Origin: Candidatus Atabeyarchaeum deiterrae
GTDB lineage: Archaea > Asgardarchaeota > Atabeyarchaeia > Atabeyarchaeales > Atabeyarchaeaceae
Direction: 5' to 3'
Length of the DNA: 64,000 nucleotides
Assembly (NCBI GenBank): GCA_037310415.1
Contig: CP147780.1
Coordinates: 1,504,001-1,568,000 of the forward strand
Below the pieces are notes generated by a model. It had not been told where the DNA came from, ran no database searches, and worked only from the letters and a program-made list of their open reading frames with translations. Within the stretch, counting starts at the first letter, position 1, and every line of letters begins with the position of its first letter. Below are positions 36,544-46,868 of this stretch, piece by piece. The position numbers and the translations under genes are program-made.

Positions 36544-38469
36544 GTGTGGAGCTCCTTGACTCTTGTGCACCTTTTTGAACCAATAAAAATGGGTAACCTA
36601 ATCGTTAAGAATAGGATTGTCATGCCCACCATTACGACAGGCTTCTCGATCGGTCCAGTCACTGATCAACTCAGGAACTATTTTGTCGAGAGAGCCAAGG
36701 GTGGAGTGGGAATGATATTCGTGGGCATCTCAGGGATTGAGAAAGAACTGAAGTACAGCGTAGATATCTCGACAGATGATACCATCCCAGGTATGCGTGA
36801 CTTATCAAGGGCAATTAAGGCTGCAGGGGCACGTGCAGCAGTACAACTCTGGCATCCTGGGCGTTATGAGTTCACTTGGATAACTGGGAGGAAGCCCGTC
36901 TCAGCATCAGACGTACCTTCCAGTTTGGCGGGAACTGAGAAACCCAGACCTTTGACTATTCCGGAGATTGAGAAGATTGAAGATGAGTATGCTCAGGCAG
37001 CGTTGCGCGCCAAGAAAGCTGAGTTTGATGCGGCTGAATTCATAGGTTCGGCAGGTTATCTGATAAGTCAGTTTCTCTCGCCTGTCACCAATAAGAGGAC
37101 GGATGGTTATGGAGGGCGATTGGAGAACCGAGTTAGGTTTCCGCTCGAAATAGTTGATCGGGCAAGGCAACTTGTCGGAGAATCATACCCAATTACCTTC
37201 AGACTCAGCGGAGACGAACTTATACCTGGTGGCAACGGACTCGAGGAGACAAAGATCATAGCGAAGAAGCTTGAAGACGCTGGGGTGGTAGCTTTCAACA
37301 TTACTGCTGGTTGGCATGAATCACGAATTCCAATGATAACAATGGATGTACCGAGGGGAGGCTATGTTTACTTGGCTGAGGGCGTCAAGAAAGTCCTCAG
37401 TAATGCCAAGGTGATGGCTAGCAATAGGATCAATGATCCAATGCTGGCTGACAGGATAATAGGCGAGGGGAAAGCCGATATGGTCTCAATGGGGAGACCA
37501 CTACTAGCCGACCCAGAGCTTCCAAACAAGGCTCGGGAAGGACGGTTCGAGGACATAAGAATGTGCACGGCTTGTAACCAAGGTTGCTTCGATCACATAT
37601 TCCAAGCTTCACCGATAACTTGTATGGTTAATCCCTTGGTAGGCAAAGAAGGGAAGATCAAAATTGAATCTGCAAAGGAAAAGAAGAAAGTTGTCGTTGT
37701 GGGAGGAGGACCAGGTGGCCTAGAAGCTGCATTGATTGCCGCCAAGAGAGGACACAGCGTAGTCCTATTCGAGAGGAGTGATAAGCTTGGTGGGCAGCTT
37801 AACCTCGCGTCGGTCTCACCGTGCAAAGAGGAACTAGGCACCATAGCTCCCTATCTCTCAACACAAATCAGGAAACTGGGCGTCAGAGTTGAGCTTGGCA
37901 AAGAGGCGACCCTTGAAACCTTGTCCAAGGAGAAGCCAGATGCAGTAATAATAGCGACTGGGGCGCAACCATTGGCGCTCAGCATCCCTGCAGAGAAAGG
38001 ACAATTGATCATTCAGGCATGGGATGTTCTTGCAGGAACTGAATGCAAAGGAGGCAACATAGTGGTAGCCGGGGGCGGAGGAGTTGGTTGTTATACAGCC
38101 CATTACCTCGCAGAGAAGAAAGGTAAGAAAGTCTCGATAATCGAGATGACGGACAAAGTTGCCAGCGACGTGGGCGTATCATCGAAATGGATATTGAGAA
38201 AGCAACTCAAGGACTGCGGAGTGAACTTGTTAACCTCAACGAAACTCGAGCGAATCACGAAGAACGGGGTAGTGGTGAGACGAGGCGACAAAGAGGAGTC
38301 AATAAGCGCCGACTCGGTAGTATTTGCACTTGGAGCAACCCCCAATAACAAACTATACAACGACATCAAAGGCAAGTTCAGCAGAGTCATCGCAATAGGA
38401 GACTGCGTCAAGCCAAGGAAAGCACTGGAAGCGATTCACGAAGGGTTTGAAGCATCCCTCAAAATATGA
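36544..38469 (+). CDS. NADH:flavin oxidoreductase (2,4-dienoyl-CoA reductase / BaiCD-like)
   Basis: KNRIVMP, GYLISQFLSP..NKRTDGYGG, CTACNQGC, GGGPGG. Confidence 0.92.
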   Translation: MWSSLTLVHLFEPIKMGNLIVKNRIVMPTITTGFSIGPVTDQLRNYFVERAKGGVGMIFVGISGIEKELKYSVDISTDDTIPGMRDLSRAIKAAGARAAVQLWHPGRYEFTWITGRKPVSASDVPSSLAGTEKPRPLTIPEIEKIEDEYAQAALRAKKAEFDAAEFIGSAGYLISQFLSPVTNKRTDGYGGRLENRVRFPLEIVDRARQLVGESYPITFRLSGDELIPGGNGLEETKIIAKKLEDAGVVAFNITAGWHESRIPMITMDVPRGGYVYLAEGVKKVLSNAKVMASNRINDPMLADRIIGEGKADMVSMGRPLLADPELPNKAREGRFEDIRMCTACNQGCFDHIFQASPITCMVNPLVGKEGKIKIESAKEKKKVVVVGGGPGGLEAALIAAKRGHSVVLFERSDKLGGQLNLASVSPCKEELGTIAPYLSTQIRKLGVRVELGKEATLETLSKEKPDAVIIATGAQPLALSIPAEKGQLIIQAWDVLAGTECKGGNIVVAGGGGVGCYTAHYLAEKKGKKVSIIEMTDKVASDVGVSSKWILRKQLKDCGVNLLTSTKLERITKNGVVVRRGDKEESISADSVVFALGATPNNKLYNDIKGKFSRVIAIGDCVKPRKALEAIHEGFEASLKI

Positions 38470-38705
38470 AAGCCCCATACTTGTTTTCCTGCGGCTTGTT
38501 TAGTCTCGTTACCCTGACGCTCAGCGGGGCCCAGCATTGCGGTTAATCCCAGAGCAGATTGAAGAGTTTGTATGCTCACTGGACTGCTTCTGATGCAGTC
38601 GAGACTCTAAGGCGCGACGTCGCTTCGAAAGAATGGCGTGCGAACCAAACAGTGAAGTCTTCTCTGGATGTCCTCTGTTCGTATGAATGTCGCTTTTTGA
38701 CGTCG

Positions 38706-39749
38706 CTACTTGGTTTTGATGATCATCCCTGTGCTTGGGCAGATGCCTTCCAATCTCCTAATCCTATTGCCAAGAATTAAGTCAAATCTTCGGAATCTGC
38801 TGGGCAAGCCCTCAGACCTTCGCAGGTCTCTCCCGTTTTGAAGCTGATAATGTATGTGTGGGGAGCCACTGTCACCCGAATTCCCTATCGCACCGATCGT
38901 TTCTCCTTCTACAACTCTGTCACCTGCTTTGGCGCGGACAGAGTCTTTCTGCATGTGAGCCACCACGCTAAACTCATCGTTGCCATGATCGATAATGACA
39001 TGGTTGCCAACATGTCTCTCCATTGCAGCATCAGGATTCCTTATGTGGGTTTCTTCATCAAACGGTGGGGGTTCATACAATGGGTTGTCGGGCACTTCAC
39101 TAGCAACGCTAGATATTCTTCCTTCTCCGGGGCATAGGACTGGCTTTCCCCAACAGAAGAAATCCTCATTTCTGCGAGGAGTATTCTTGAACATTTTGAA
39201 CTCATTATCCAGAAGTACAAAATCATAGGCGAACCTTGAATTGTTCCCAGTTATGCCAATCTGCTGGATTAGCGGGTGAGTAAGAGGAAAGTTTAGGCGA
39301 TGATGAGACAGGAAGTTGTGACCATCTGTCACCAAACACGTTCCGCTGAAAGGAAGAATCAAAGCAGCCTTCTGCTCGTAAATCATCGGCTCTACAGAGA
39401 TCTCGGATCTTACATGATCCCCCTTTTCGGTTCTGAAGCAAAAAGAATAGCGAAGTCTGTGAATAGGATAGTCGAGGGGATAGTCAGCCAATGGATTGAA
39501 GATCTCCAATATTCTGCTGGGTAGCAGCTTTCTCTCGAACACAACACTGATTGAGGGAACAATGCCCCAATTATTCAGCGGTAACCTGAATAACAACTGG
39601 TCTTGTTTGTCAAATCCATCTGCTGTTAGTTCTTCAAGCTCCATAACGTCAGTTGAGTCAGTCTGCAGTCTGAACTCAAAGTTCGCTGACTGCCCAAAGA
39701 CTCCTCGTTCCAAGAATATCCGTTCGGGAAAGTGCGTTATCTTGACCAA
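38706..39749 (-). CDS. M23 family metallopeptidase
   Basis: RFAYDF, GNHVIIDHG, AHMQ, GNSGDSGSPHIHYQLQ. Confidence 0.85.
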   Translation of the reverse strand: MVKITHFPERIFLERGVFGQSANFEFRLQTDSTDVMELEELTADGFDKQDQLLFRLPLNNWGIVPSISVVFERKLLPSRILEIFNPLADYPLDYPIHRLRYSFCFRTEKGDHVRSEISVEPMIYEQKAALILPFSGTCLVTDGHNFLSHHRLNFPLTHPLIQQIGITGNNSRFAYDFVLLDNEFKMFKNTPRRNEDFFCWGKPVLCPGEGRISSVASEVPDNPLYEPPPFDEETHIRNPDAAMERHVGNHVIIDHGNDEFSVVAHMQKDSVRAKAGDRVVEGETIGAIGNSGDSGSPHIHYQLQNGRDLRRSEGLPSRFRRFDLILGNRIRRLEGICPSTGMIIKTK

Positions 39750-39925
39750 GCTTATCGCCTAAACATATCTGCTATTTCTTTGCCTAAAAGTGTTTATGGA
39801 GGAAGGCTCTTCGGCAAAGGCGAAAAAGGTCTTTGATAACTCAATCAGGCAAAACCTGCTCCAGGGCGGCGAATATGCACACTCGCGCTTCTAGTGTTTC
39901 TGAATTCCGGGGTTGCTGCTATTAT

Positions 39926-40213
39926 TCAACTGTAGCCAGATCGCTTTATTTCAAATGATGTGAATTCCCCTTTGTATGGTAGCCACTCAACTTCGATGTT
40001 GGTGACATATGCCCCCGGTGGGCCTCTGTTGCACCACTCGACCATTCTCTCGACTTTGTCTTTCTCCCCTTCGACTACCGTCTCAACTCGACCGTCAACA
40101 ACATTTCTAACCCATCCGGTTACCTCCAATCTCCGGGCAACGTTCCAGGCGCTTGCTCTGAAGCCAACTCCTTGAACCTCTCCTTCAATCCAAGCGTGGG
40201 CTCTGGCCTTCAA
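39926..40213 (-). CDS. acyP: acylphosphatase
   Basis: GEVQGVGFR, GWVRN, GPPGA. Confidence 0.95.
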   Translation of the reverse strand: MKARAHAWIEGEVQGVGFRASAWNVARRLEVTGWVRNVVDGRVETVVEGEKDKVERMVEWCNRGPPGAYVTNIEVEWLPYKGEFTSFEIKRSGYS

Positions 40214-40356
40214 TCGAGTCGTCCTCCGAAAGATGACGTCGAAGAGTATGATGATGACCGCCCTATATGGAATTAGGATTCAACGCGTCTTCCTATTTAG
40301 TTTTTATGCTTTGATCCAAATCCCCGACCCAAAAGAAATAGGAAGAAAGCTGGATT

Positions 40357-41040
40357 CTATTTCCTTCGCCCGTACAGCTCCATCAGAATCACAATTATCC
40401 TGATGAAGATGTTTATGAAATCAATGAAGAAGTTCAGAACTGCCATCATCCAACTATCATCGTCAAGTCTTTCTCTTGCCAAGTGTGTATCATATGCTAC
40501 GATGAACGCAAACAACAGAACTACGCCCAGATCCACGGTCACTCTGAACAGTGTTACTTGAACAAAGGCTTGCGCAATAGTCAAGACTATTGCGGCTAGG
40601 AGAAATAGAAAGATCCAGAAGCCCCAATTTGTCAAGTCTTTCTTGGTCGTCCATTCCCATACCATCGCGATGAAGAAAACACCTGCACTTAGCAGAAGCG
40701 CTTCGGGTAAAATCTTTGCGTTGATGAAGTCGGCAAGATAGAAAACTGTACTAAACAAACCAGCTCCGCAAACTAACGCAAACAAGCTTGCTACAACGAA
40801 AGAAGTTCTGTTATGCTTGGACATTGCTATGAAATACGCCGCGAGGGCAAAGACGAAGTAAAGAACTATTACACCAATAGTTGTCCATATGCTTTCGAAT
40901 ACTCCTATCGTCAATTGAGCTATGTATACGCCAAAAGCACCTTGCATGGCTATTTCGACGAGTTTCGCACCAGCGAACATGAGGAAGATCAACCAGAAGA
41001 GAGCTGGCAACACTTTTGCTCTAATTATCCTCGGTTCCAA
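40357..41040 (-). CDS. Bax inhibitor-1/YccA family membrane protein
   Basis: About seven TM helices, YDTH, FIDFINIF. Confidence 0.85.
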   Translation of the reverse strand: MEPRIIRAKVLPALFWLIFLMFAGAKLVEIAMQGAFGVYIAQLTIGVFESIWTTIGVIVLYFVFALAAYFIAMSKHNRTSFVVASLFALVCGAGLFSTVFYLADFINAKILPEALLLSAGVFFIAMVWEWTTKKDLTNWGFWIFLFLLAAIVLTIAQAFVQVTLFRVTVDLGVVLLFAFIVAYDTHLARERLDDDSWMMAVLNFFIDFINIFIRIIVILMELYGRRK

Positions 41041-41101
41041 CTCGACTCATCACTCCAGAGCGTTCCAATGCTGGCTCGTCTAGCCTTTTAGATTGAGTTA
41101 A

Positions 41102-42847
41102 ATGGGAATGCAACTATTGAAAAGTGTTGTGGTGGATTGTTGGTTGTCTGACCAAACGTCCTTCTCAGATCTCTGCAATGTGATGGAGAAACTAGAGTCT
41201 ACAAAGAAGAGAACTGAGATGATCTTGGAGGTGGCCGCTCTCCTCACTCGTCTCCATCCAGAAGAGTTGATGTCGACAACACTTTTCCTCACAGGAAAGA
41301 TATTTCCTGGGTGGGATGCGAGGACTCTAGAGGTTAGTGGAGCAACACTATGGAGAGTTATTCAGAGAGCAACATCAGCGAAGCCAGAGGAACTCGGTAA
41401 AGCTTTTGATGAAACCGGAGACCTTGGAGATGCTGTTAAGACAACTCTATTGAAGCGGCTGAACACACAGAAGCAAGACACTCTTGTCTCTGGTGCTCCG
41501 CTGACTATCTTGGAGGTTAAGCAGCAGCTTGATGAACTAGCCAAAGTCACTGGTGAGGGCTCCAGAAGAAGAAAGGAAAGAATCGTTGAAGGTCTGCTTG
41601 CAAAGGCTTCTCCTGTGGAAGCGAAGTTTATTGTCCGAATGGTTCTTGGTGAAATGAGAACAGGTTTCCAGGAGGGTCTTCTCGCCGAAGCAGTTTCAAA
41701 GGCTTTCGGTGTTTCCAGTGACTTGGTGAGAAGGGCAACGATGGTTACTGGCGACATGGGAGTCGTGACTGAAGCTGCCATGACAGGCGGCGAGCGCGCA
41801 GTAACAGGACTGAAGTTGGAACCCTTCAGAGTAGTCAAACCGATGTTAGCAGCGGTTTCTTCAGGCGTTGAGGAAGCGCTGGAAGAGCATGATGGAACTT
41901 CTGCATTCGAATACAAACTTGACGGAGCTAGACTACAAATACACTTCTTGAATGGCGAAGTGAAAATATGGAGCAGAAGATTGACCGAGGTCACAGAGAG
42001 CCTACCTGAGATCGTCAAGTTGGTTCAAACGAAGGTGAAAGCGAAGTCGGTAATACTCGAGGGAGAGGTCGTCGCAGTTGGTCAGGATGGAAAGCCTTTA
42101 CCTTTTCAGCATTTGATGAGAAGGTTCCGAAGGAGACACGAGGTCAACAGACTCATTCAAGAGGTACCTACCAGACTCTACCTTTTCGACGTCCTGTATG
42201 TCGACGGTGAGAGCCTTGTAGACAAATCCTATAGTGAAAGGCGAGAGAAACTCTCAGATGTTGCCGATGGGATACAGTTGGTGAATCGCATTATCACGAG
42301 CGATATGGAAGTTGCCAAGCAGTTCCTTGGCGAGGCGCTAAGACTTGGTCATGAAGGCCTGGTTGCGAAAAGCTTAGGTGGGAGATACACACCTGGCACA
42401 AGAGGCAAAAAGTGGCTGAAAATAAAGCAGGTCATGGAGCCCTTAGATCTCGTCATCACAGAAGCTGAGTATGGTTATGGAAGAAGACATGAGTGGTTGT
42501 CTGACTATACTCTCTCAGCCCGCGACGAGGAGACGGAGACTTTTTTCCCAATAGGCAAGACCTTCAAGGGACTCACAGACGAAGAGATAAAGGATATGAC
42601 CCGACGACTAAAATCACTGATGATAACTAAGCACGGAAGAAGAGTCATCGTCAAACCCGAAATCGTAGTTGAAACAATCTTTAACGAGATACAGGACAGT
42701 CCAAAGTACGAGAGCGGCATGGCTCTTCGCTTCGCCAGAATAACTCGGATCAGACTCGACAAATCTGCCAGAGAATCAGACACATTGGAAAGAGTAAGGG
42801 ATCTCTATAAGAAACAATTTGCCTACAAAGCTTCTCCGCAATTCTGA
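41102..42847 (+). CDS. lig: ATP-dependent DNA ligase (replicative, archaeal type)
   Basis: N-terminal DNA-binding domain, EYKLDGAR, EGLVAK, GKTFKGLTD, ALRFAR. Confidence 0.95.
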   Translation: MGMQLLKSVVVDCWLSDQTSFSDLCNVMEKLESTKKRTEMILEVAALLTRLHPEELMSTTLFLTGKIFPGWDARTLEVSGATLWRVIQRATSAKPEELGKAFDETGDLGDAVKTTLLKRLNTQKQDTLVSGAPLTILEVKQQLDELAKVTGEGSRRRKERIVEGLLAKASPVEAKFIVRMVLGEMRTGFQEGLLAEAVSKAFGVSSDLVRRATMVTGDMGVVTEAAMTGGERAVTGLKLEPFRVVKPMLAAVSSGVEEALEEHDGTSAFEYKLDGARLQIHFLNGEVKIWSRRLTEVTESLPEIVKLVQTKVKAKSVILEGEVVAVGQDGKPLPFQHLMRRFRRRHEVNRLIQEVPTRLYLFDVLYVDGESLVDKSYSERREKLSDVADGIQLVNRIITSDMEVAKQFLGEALRLGHEGLVAKSLGGRYTPGTRGKKWLKIKQVMEPLDLVITEAEYGYGRRHEWLSDYTLSARDEETETFFPIGKTFKGLTDEEIKDMTRRLKSLMITKHGRRVIVKPEIVVETIFNEIQDSPKYESGMALRFARITRIRLDKSARESDTLERVRDLYKKQFAYKASPQF

Positions 42848-42940
42848 GAAGAAAACGCAACCTTAAAGTGCGGGAATCAACAGAAAGACACCAACAAATC
42901 GTAACGGCTTCAGAATATAACAATAGCAGGAGTCTAGACA

Positions 42941-44608
42941 ATGTCAAGAAGTTTTGGCTTCTTTCTAGTTCTTGGAATTGTCATCTTTGTCTCAGGTTTC
43001 CTTCCCCTAGTTGCAGTGAACTATCAGTATCCGACGCAGACATTCACAACAAGTACGACGGATGGCGTACAGATCACATATGATGTGACAATGAATCCGA
43101 GTGGCCAAAAAACTGCTCCTTTGGCAATACTAATACATGGTTTCTCCGGAAATCGAGTAATGATGAGGATGTTGGCATTCGCTCTCGCCGACAGAGGCTT
43201 CGTGTGCGCATCGTTGGACCTCAGAGGGCATGGGTCCAGCGAAGGAATGATGGGTAATTCCTCCTACTTCAACAATGATGTTAAGGCGGTCATTCAATCT
43301 CTTCAAAGCAAAGGGATAGGCGACACTTCAAGGATAGTGTTGGTTGGACACAGCATGGGCGGTGGGGTAGCGCTAAGACTTGGATCGCAATTGCCATCGG
43401 TAGTTGCAACGGTTGGCGTAGCACCTGTTTCCTCACCAGACTGGGTTAACACAACATACCCGAAGAATCTGCTCTTAGTAATATCAACCGGGGACACGTT
43501 GATAGATGCCAATACGGTTGAGCAGACGTTCTACAAGTCGATGGGCGCGACTGGTCTTCCGAACCAACTATACACAATAGACAGCACAACAAGAGAACTG
43601 TATATTGTCCAAGGTCCCAGCCACTTTGATATACTTTACAACGCTATCGCGATAAACCAGATAGTAGGCTGGGTGACCAACGCCGTCTTCGGAGCAGGGC
43701 AGTTGTCAAGAATTAGTCCCGACGTGATCAACATTGAGGTGTACGTTTCACTATTGGGCGGCATAACGATGATCATATTTGCAGTTGCAATGATGGGCAA
43801 TAGGCTGTCCCAAGAATTTTCCCCAAAAACACATAAGAAAAGTGACCTGAAGAACTTGGCGAAAACGGGAGTCAAAGCGATCTTGGTCGCTGGATCTTTA
43901 GGATCACTTGTCACGATGGCAGTGGCAATCGTGTTGATGTTGGTCGTTCCTCTGTTCTTGGCGGATTTCGTGGCGGCAGCATTCCTTGGAAACGCAATCA
44001 TCATTGGGTACGTAGCGAGAAGAACGCTGAAACACGGCAAGAAAGACTTTTCATACTTCAGGTTTATCAAAGAATCAATTAGGTCGCCATCACTCAAAAT
44101 CGATGCAGTTTTGGGAATAGCTGAGGCCACATTATTCTTAGTCGTGATCGATCTGACAATGGGGGTTCATGCCACATCGACATTCTCAACAGCATCAATA
44201 AGACTGCTTCTGCTACCTCTGTTCACATTGATCTATGCCTTCGTTTTTGTATTCTATGAATCCTTCTTCAAAGGCGTAGCAAGACCAATGATGGGAGACG
44301 GAGCAAAACGTATGCTTTACTCAGTCATATATGAACTCGTGGTGGTCTTTTCTGCCCTGTTACTAGAGATTCTGATCACGGCAACGCTTCTGGGCCCATT
44401 CATGGGAATGGGAAGCTTGACGTCCTTCATTGGTTTGGGAATAAACCTGATACTCATACCTTTGAGCATAGCCGTAGTGTCGGGTGAATTCTTCTACGAG
44501 AGAACAGGAGGATGGATCGCTCAGATAATCATAGGTGCAACGGTCTTCGCCACTATGTCTATAGTCTTCTCTCCGGTGCTCAATTTCTTCCAAGCCTCTA
44601 TGGGATAG
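42941..44608 (+). CDS. alpha/beta hydrolase with C-terminal multi-TM domain
   Basis: HGFSG, DLRGHG, GHSMGG, then multiple TM helices. Confidence 0.85.
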   Translation: MSRSFGFFLVLGIVIFVSGFLPLVAVNYQYPTQTFTTSTTDGVQITYDVTMNPSGQKTAPLAILIHGFSGNRVMMRMLAFALADRGFVCASLDLRGHGSSEGMMGNSSYFNNDVKAVIQSLQSKGIGDTSRIVLVGHSMGGGVALRLGSQLPSVVATVGVAPVSSPDWVNTTYPKNLLLVISTGDTLIDANTVEQTFYKSMGATGLPNQLYTIDSTTRELYIVQGPSHFDILYNAIAINQIVGWVTNAVFGAGQLSRISPDVINIEVYVSLLGGITMIIFAVAMMGNRLSQEFSPKTHKKSDLKNLAKTGVKAILVAGSLGSLVTMAVAIVLMLVVPLFLADFVAAAFLGNAIIIGYVARRTLKHGKKDFSYFRFIKESIRSPSLKIDAVLGIAEATLFLVVIDLTMGVHATSTFSTASIRLLLLPLFTLIYAFVFVFYESFFKGVARPMMGDGAKRMLYSVIYELVVVFSALLLEILITATLLGPFMGMGSLTSFIGLGINLILIPLSIAVVSGEFFYERTGGWIAQIIIGATVFATMSIVFSPVLNFFQASMG

Positions 44609-44625
44609 GATCTGCTGTCAAATCC

Positions 44626-45885
44626 TCACTTCTTCTTTGGTCTCGATGTCAGTTGTTCCACGTCTTCCACGAATTGTACAGATAACCTTACCATGTCACA
44701 CAAGTTCTCTTTGCTCAGTCTTTCAGGGGTATCTTCTCGGTTGTGCCACACCACAGGGAAACCATCCTTAGCTAACCCGATGACTGAGGTAGCTTTGAGC
44801 CCTTTCCTTGAATAGAACGCCGAATCGGTTCCGCCCATCGAGAAAGGCTCTATCTTCACTGGATACTTGAGGTGAAGCTTCGCAGCTGAGTCTTGAAGCA
44901 TCTTGCAGATCTCGGGTGAGTGTTTGGTGGTATACATCTTCTCCTCGCTCACGATCACGAATCTGCCAACGCCAGCAGTGTCGAAGTTCACCGTATAGGT
45001 GTTCTTTTTCTCGAGTTCCCTATAGTGTCTGTCAGCAAATCTCTTTGAACCTCTCATACATTCTTCACAACCGTGCGAGATCACCCACACATCCACGTTC
45101 TTTGGTCTGTTCCTCGAGAAATACTGAGCAACTCCTAGGGTTACGGCAACTCCCGAGAGGTTGTCATTTGCTCCCAGTGTTTGAGTGCCGGATTTCAAGC
45201 CGTACCTTAAGAGAATAGTCAGAATCGCTCCCAAAGCTGGCACAATGATGAGCAAATCGAAAATCTTGTATCCTAGGAACGTCCAGTTCATGTAGAACAA
45301 GCCGAAGTATACGCCCAAGATTCTGGCAACGTATATTACAAGTATGAGTGCTACTGTCGCGATGATTATTGTCACGAACTTAGGTGACTTACTTCTCCAC
45401 TTTATCGGGATGGGGAACTCTACAGGGCTATCGTGGTGCGCGCCTATAATGACTGTTGCATTCGCCTTGCCTTTGGCCTTTATCTTCCCGTAGATGTTTG
45501 CGGATGTTCTCTTTCTGAAAAGAAGGTCAACGAATTCTCTAAGGTGACCCATCTCAAGCAAGTAGCAACCCACCGCAAGAATAGTGAGTATTAGTGAAAT
45601 CAACGGGAAAAACAGGTAGAGTACGGTAGAGGCGACCTGCAATATTGGTATAATATTGAGGATTCCGAGGAATCCACCTGGTCTGCAAGTGAAGGACTCA
45701 TCCCTTGTTTCGTCGCAGAACCTCTTGTACTCGTTTTTGACCATTTCCCCCGCTTTGCGCTCATTTTCGCTTGTCCCAGGTCTTGGACCAATCTCACTAC
45801 AAACGCGGTTTATGAAACCGCACATGTAATCAACATATGTCTTCTTATCAAGTTGCATGTGATCAACCCTTCTCAGGTGTTCCAT
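44626..45885 (-). CDS. M28 family peptidase, membrane-associated
   Basis: GAHHDS, GANDNLSG, CEE, GGTD, WH..EDT. Confidence 0.9.
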   Translation of the reverse strand: MEHLRRVDHMQLDKKTYVDYMCGFINRVCSEIGPRPGTSENERKAGEMVKNEYKRFCDETRDESFTCRPGGFLGILNIIPILQVASTVLYLFFPLISLILTILAVGCYLLEMGHLREFVDLLFRKRTSANIYGKIKAKGKANATVIIGAHHDSPVEFPIPIKWRSKSPKFVTIIIATVALILVIYVARILGVYFGLFYMNWTFLGYKIFDLLIIVPALGAILTILLRYGLKSGTQTLGANDNLSGVAVTLGVAQYFSRNRPKNVDVWVISHGCEECMRGSKRFADRHYRELEKKNTYTVNFDTAGVGRFVIVSEEKMYTTKHSPEICKMLQDSAAKLHLKYPVKIEPFSMGGTDSAFYSRKGLKATSVIGLAKDGFPVVWHNREDTPERLSKENLCDMVRLSVQFVEDVEQLTSRPKKK

Positions 45886-46328
45886 CAGCCACTTGCGTAT
45901 TTCTGAAGCTTCTTCAAGGCATCAAGCCACACCCTGTCAAACCATTCTCTCGCTTCTTCCCAATCTGCCGCATCTCTCCACCCCGTATGCAGCAAATGCA
46001 CTTCTGTGTGATCTCCTTCAGGGAGGAAGAAGACCGCCACACTCGTAAGCGGTCTAGCTTCGTTCATGAAGTGTTTGAACTGTTTTGGTCCCTTCCACTC
46101 GAAAGAGAGTAACTTGCCAGACTGAATAGCAAGCACCTTGCATCCAATAGTACTGTCGTTTTGCTTGTCTCTTGGGTTCCAGAAGAGTTCGTATTTGCCG
46201 CCCACCCTCGGTTCTATGTCAGCCAATTCAGTTAGCCACTGCTCAAGGTGCTCTTTGAGAGTGAACATCTCGAAAGCTCTCGGTGGTTCGCATCTCAGAC
46301 TCATTGAATGATAGATGATCTTGTCCAT
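45885..46328 (-). CDS. SRPBCC/AHSA1 domain protein
   Basis: EPRVGGKY, LSFEW, TEVHLLHTGW. Confidence 0.88.
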   Translation of the reverse strand: MDKIIYHSMSLRCEPPRAFEMFTLKEHLEQWLTELADIEPRVGGKYELFWNPRDKQNDSTIGCKVLAIQSGKLLSFEWKGPKQFKHFMNEARPLTSVAVFFLPEGDHTEVHLLHTGWRDAADWEEAREWFDRVWLDALKKLQKYASG

Positions 46329-46397
46329 ATCCGTGTCAACTCATGGGGAATTGATTTCATTTCCTTTTTCTTCCTTCTATTTTGTCCGCGACGTTCA

Positions 46398-46769
46398 TTA
46401 TGGTTTTTCTTCCAGCTTCAACGCCAGTTTCGTCGACTCGTCGACGGATTTGCATGCCTTGAGAGCCAGAATCAGCTCGAGAAGCTTTGGTAAGTTCACC
46501 CCACTCACGACGGCGACTCCACCCTTTTTTGTCAGTAAGGCATTCATTCCAGCGTTTGTCGTCATTGGGCGAAACAAGTCAGTCAATATCAAGAAACCTT
46601 TGGCTCCGCCTTTTTTCATTTGATCCATATTCTTTCTGATGTCATTGAGCAGTGTCTCCGGGCTCTCTTCTTCGACCAATACGGCGGGAGCGATTATGCT
46701 GGTCGCCGGCGTTATATCGGTGTAGCTCACTTCGACTTCAATGAACCCCATTGACAAAACCCCTAACAA
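46398..46769 (-). CDS. PTS EIIA(Man)-like fold protein lacking His
   Basis: GFLILTDLF and VVSGVNLPKLLE motifs; no His anywhere in the ORF. Confidence 0.6.
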   Translation of the reverse strand: MLGVLSMGFIEVEVSYTDITPATSIIAPAVLVEEESPETLLNDIRKNMDQMKKGGAKGFLILTDLFRPMTTNAGMNALLTKKGGVAVVSGVNLPKLLELILALKACKSVDESTKLALKLEEKP

Positions 46770-46868
46770 CTCTCGAATTCAATGCAAAATTAAGATGGCA
46801 GAACGCATCGCCGTGAGAAGAGAGATATCCATCATAAGGGAACTCACTTACCATCCCCAACCTTCTTT

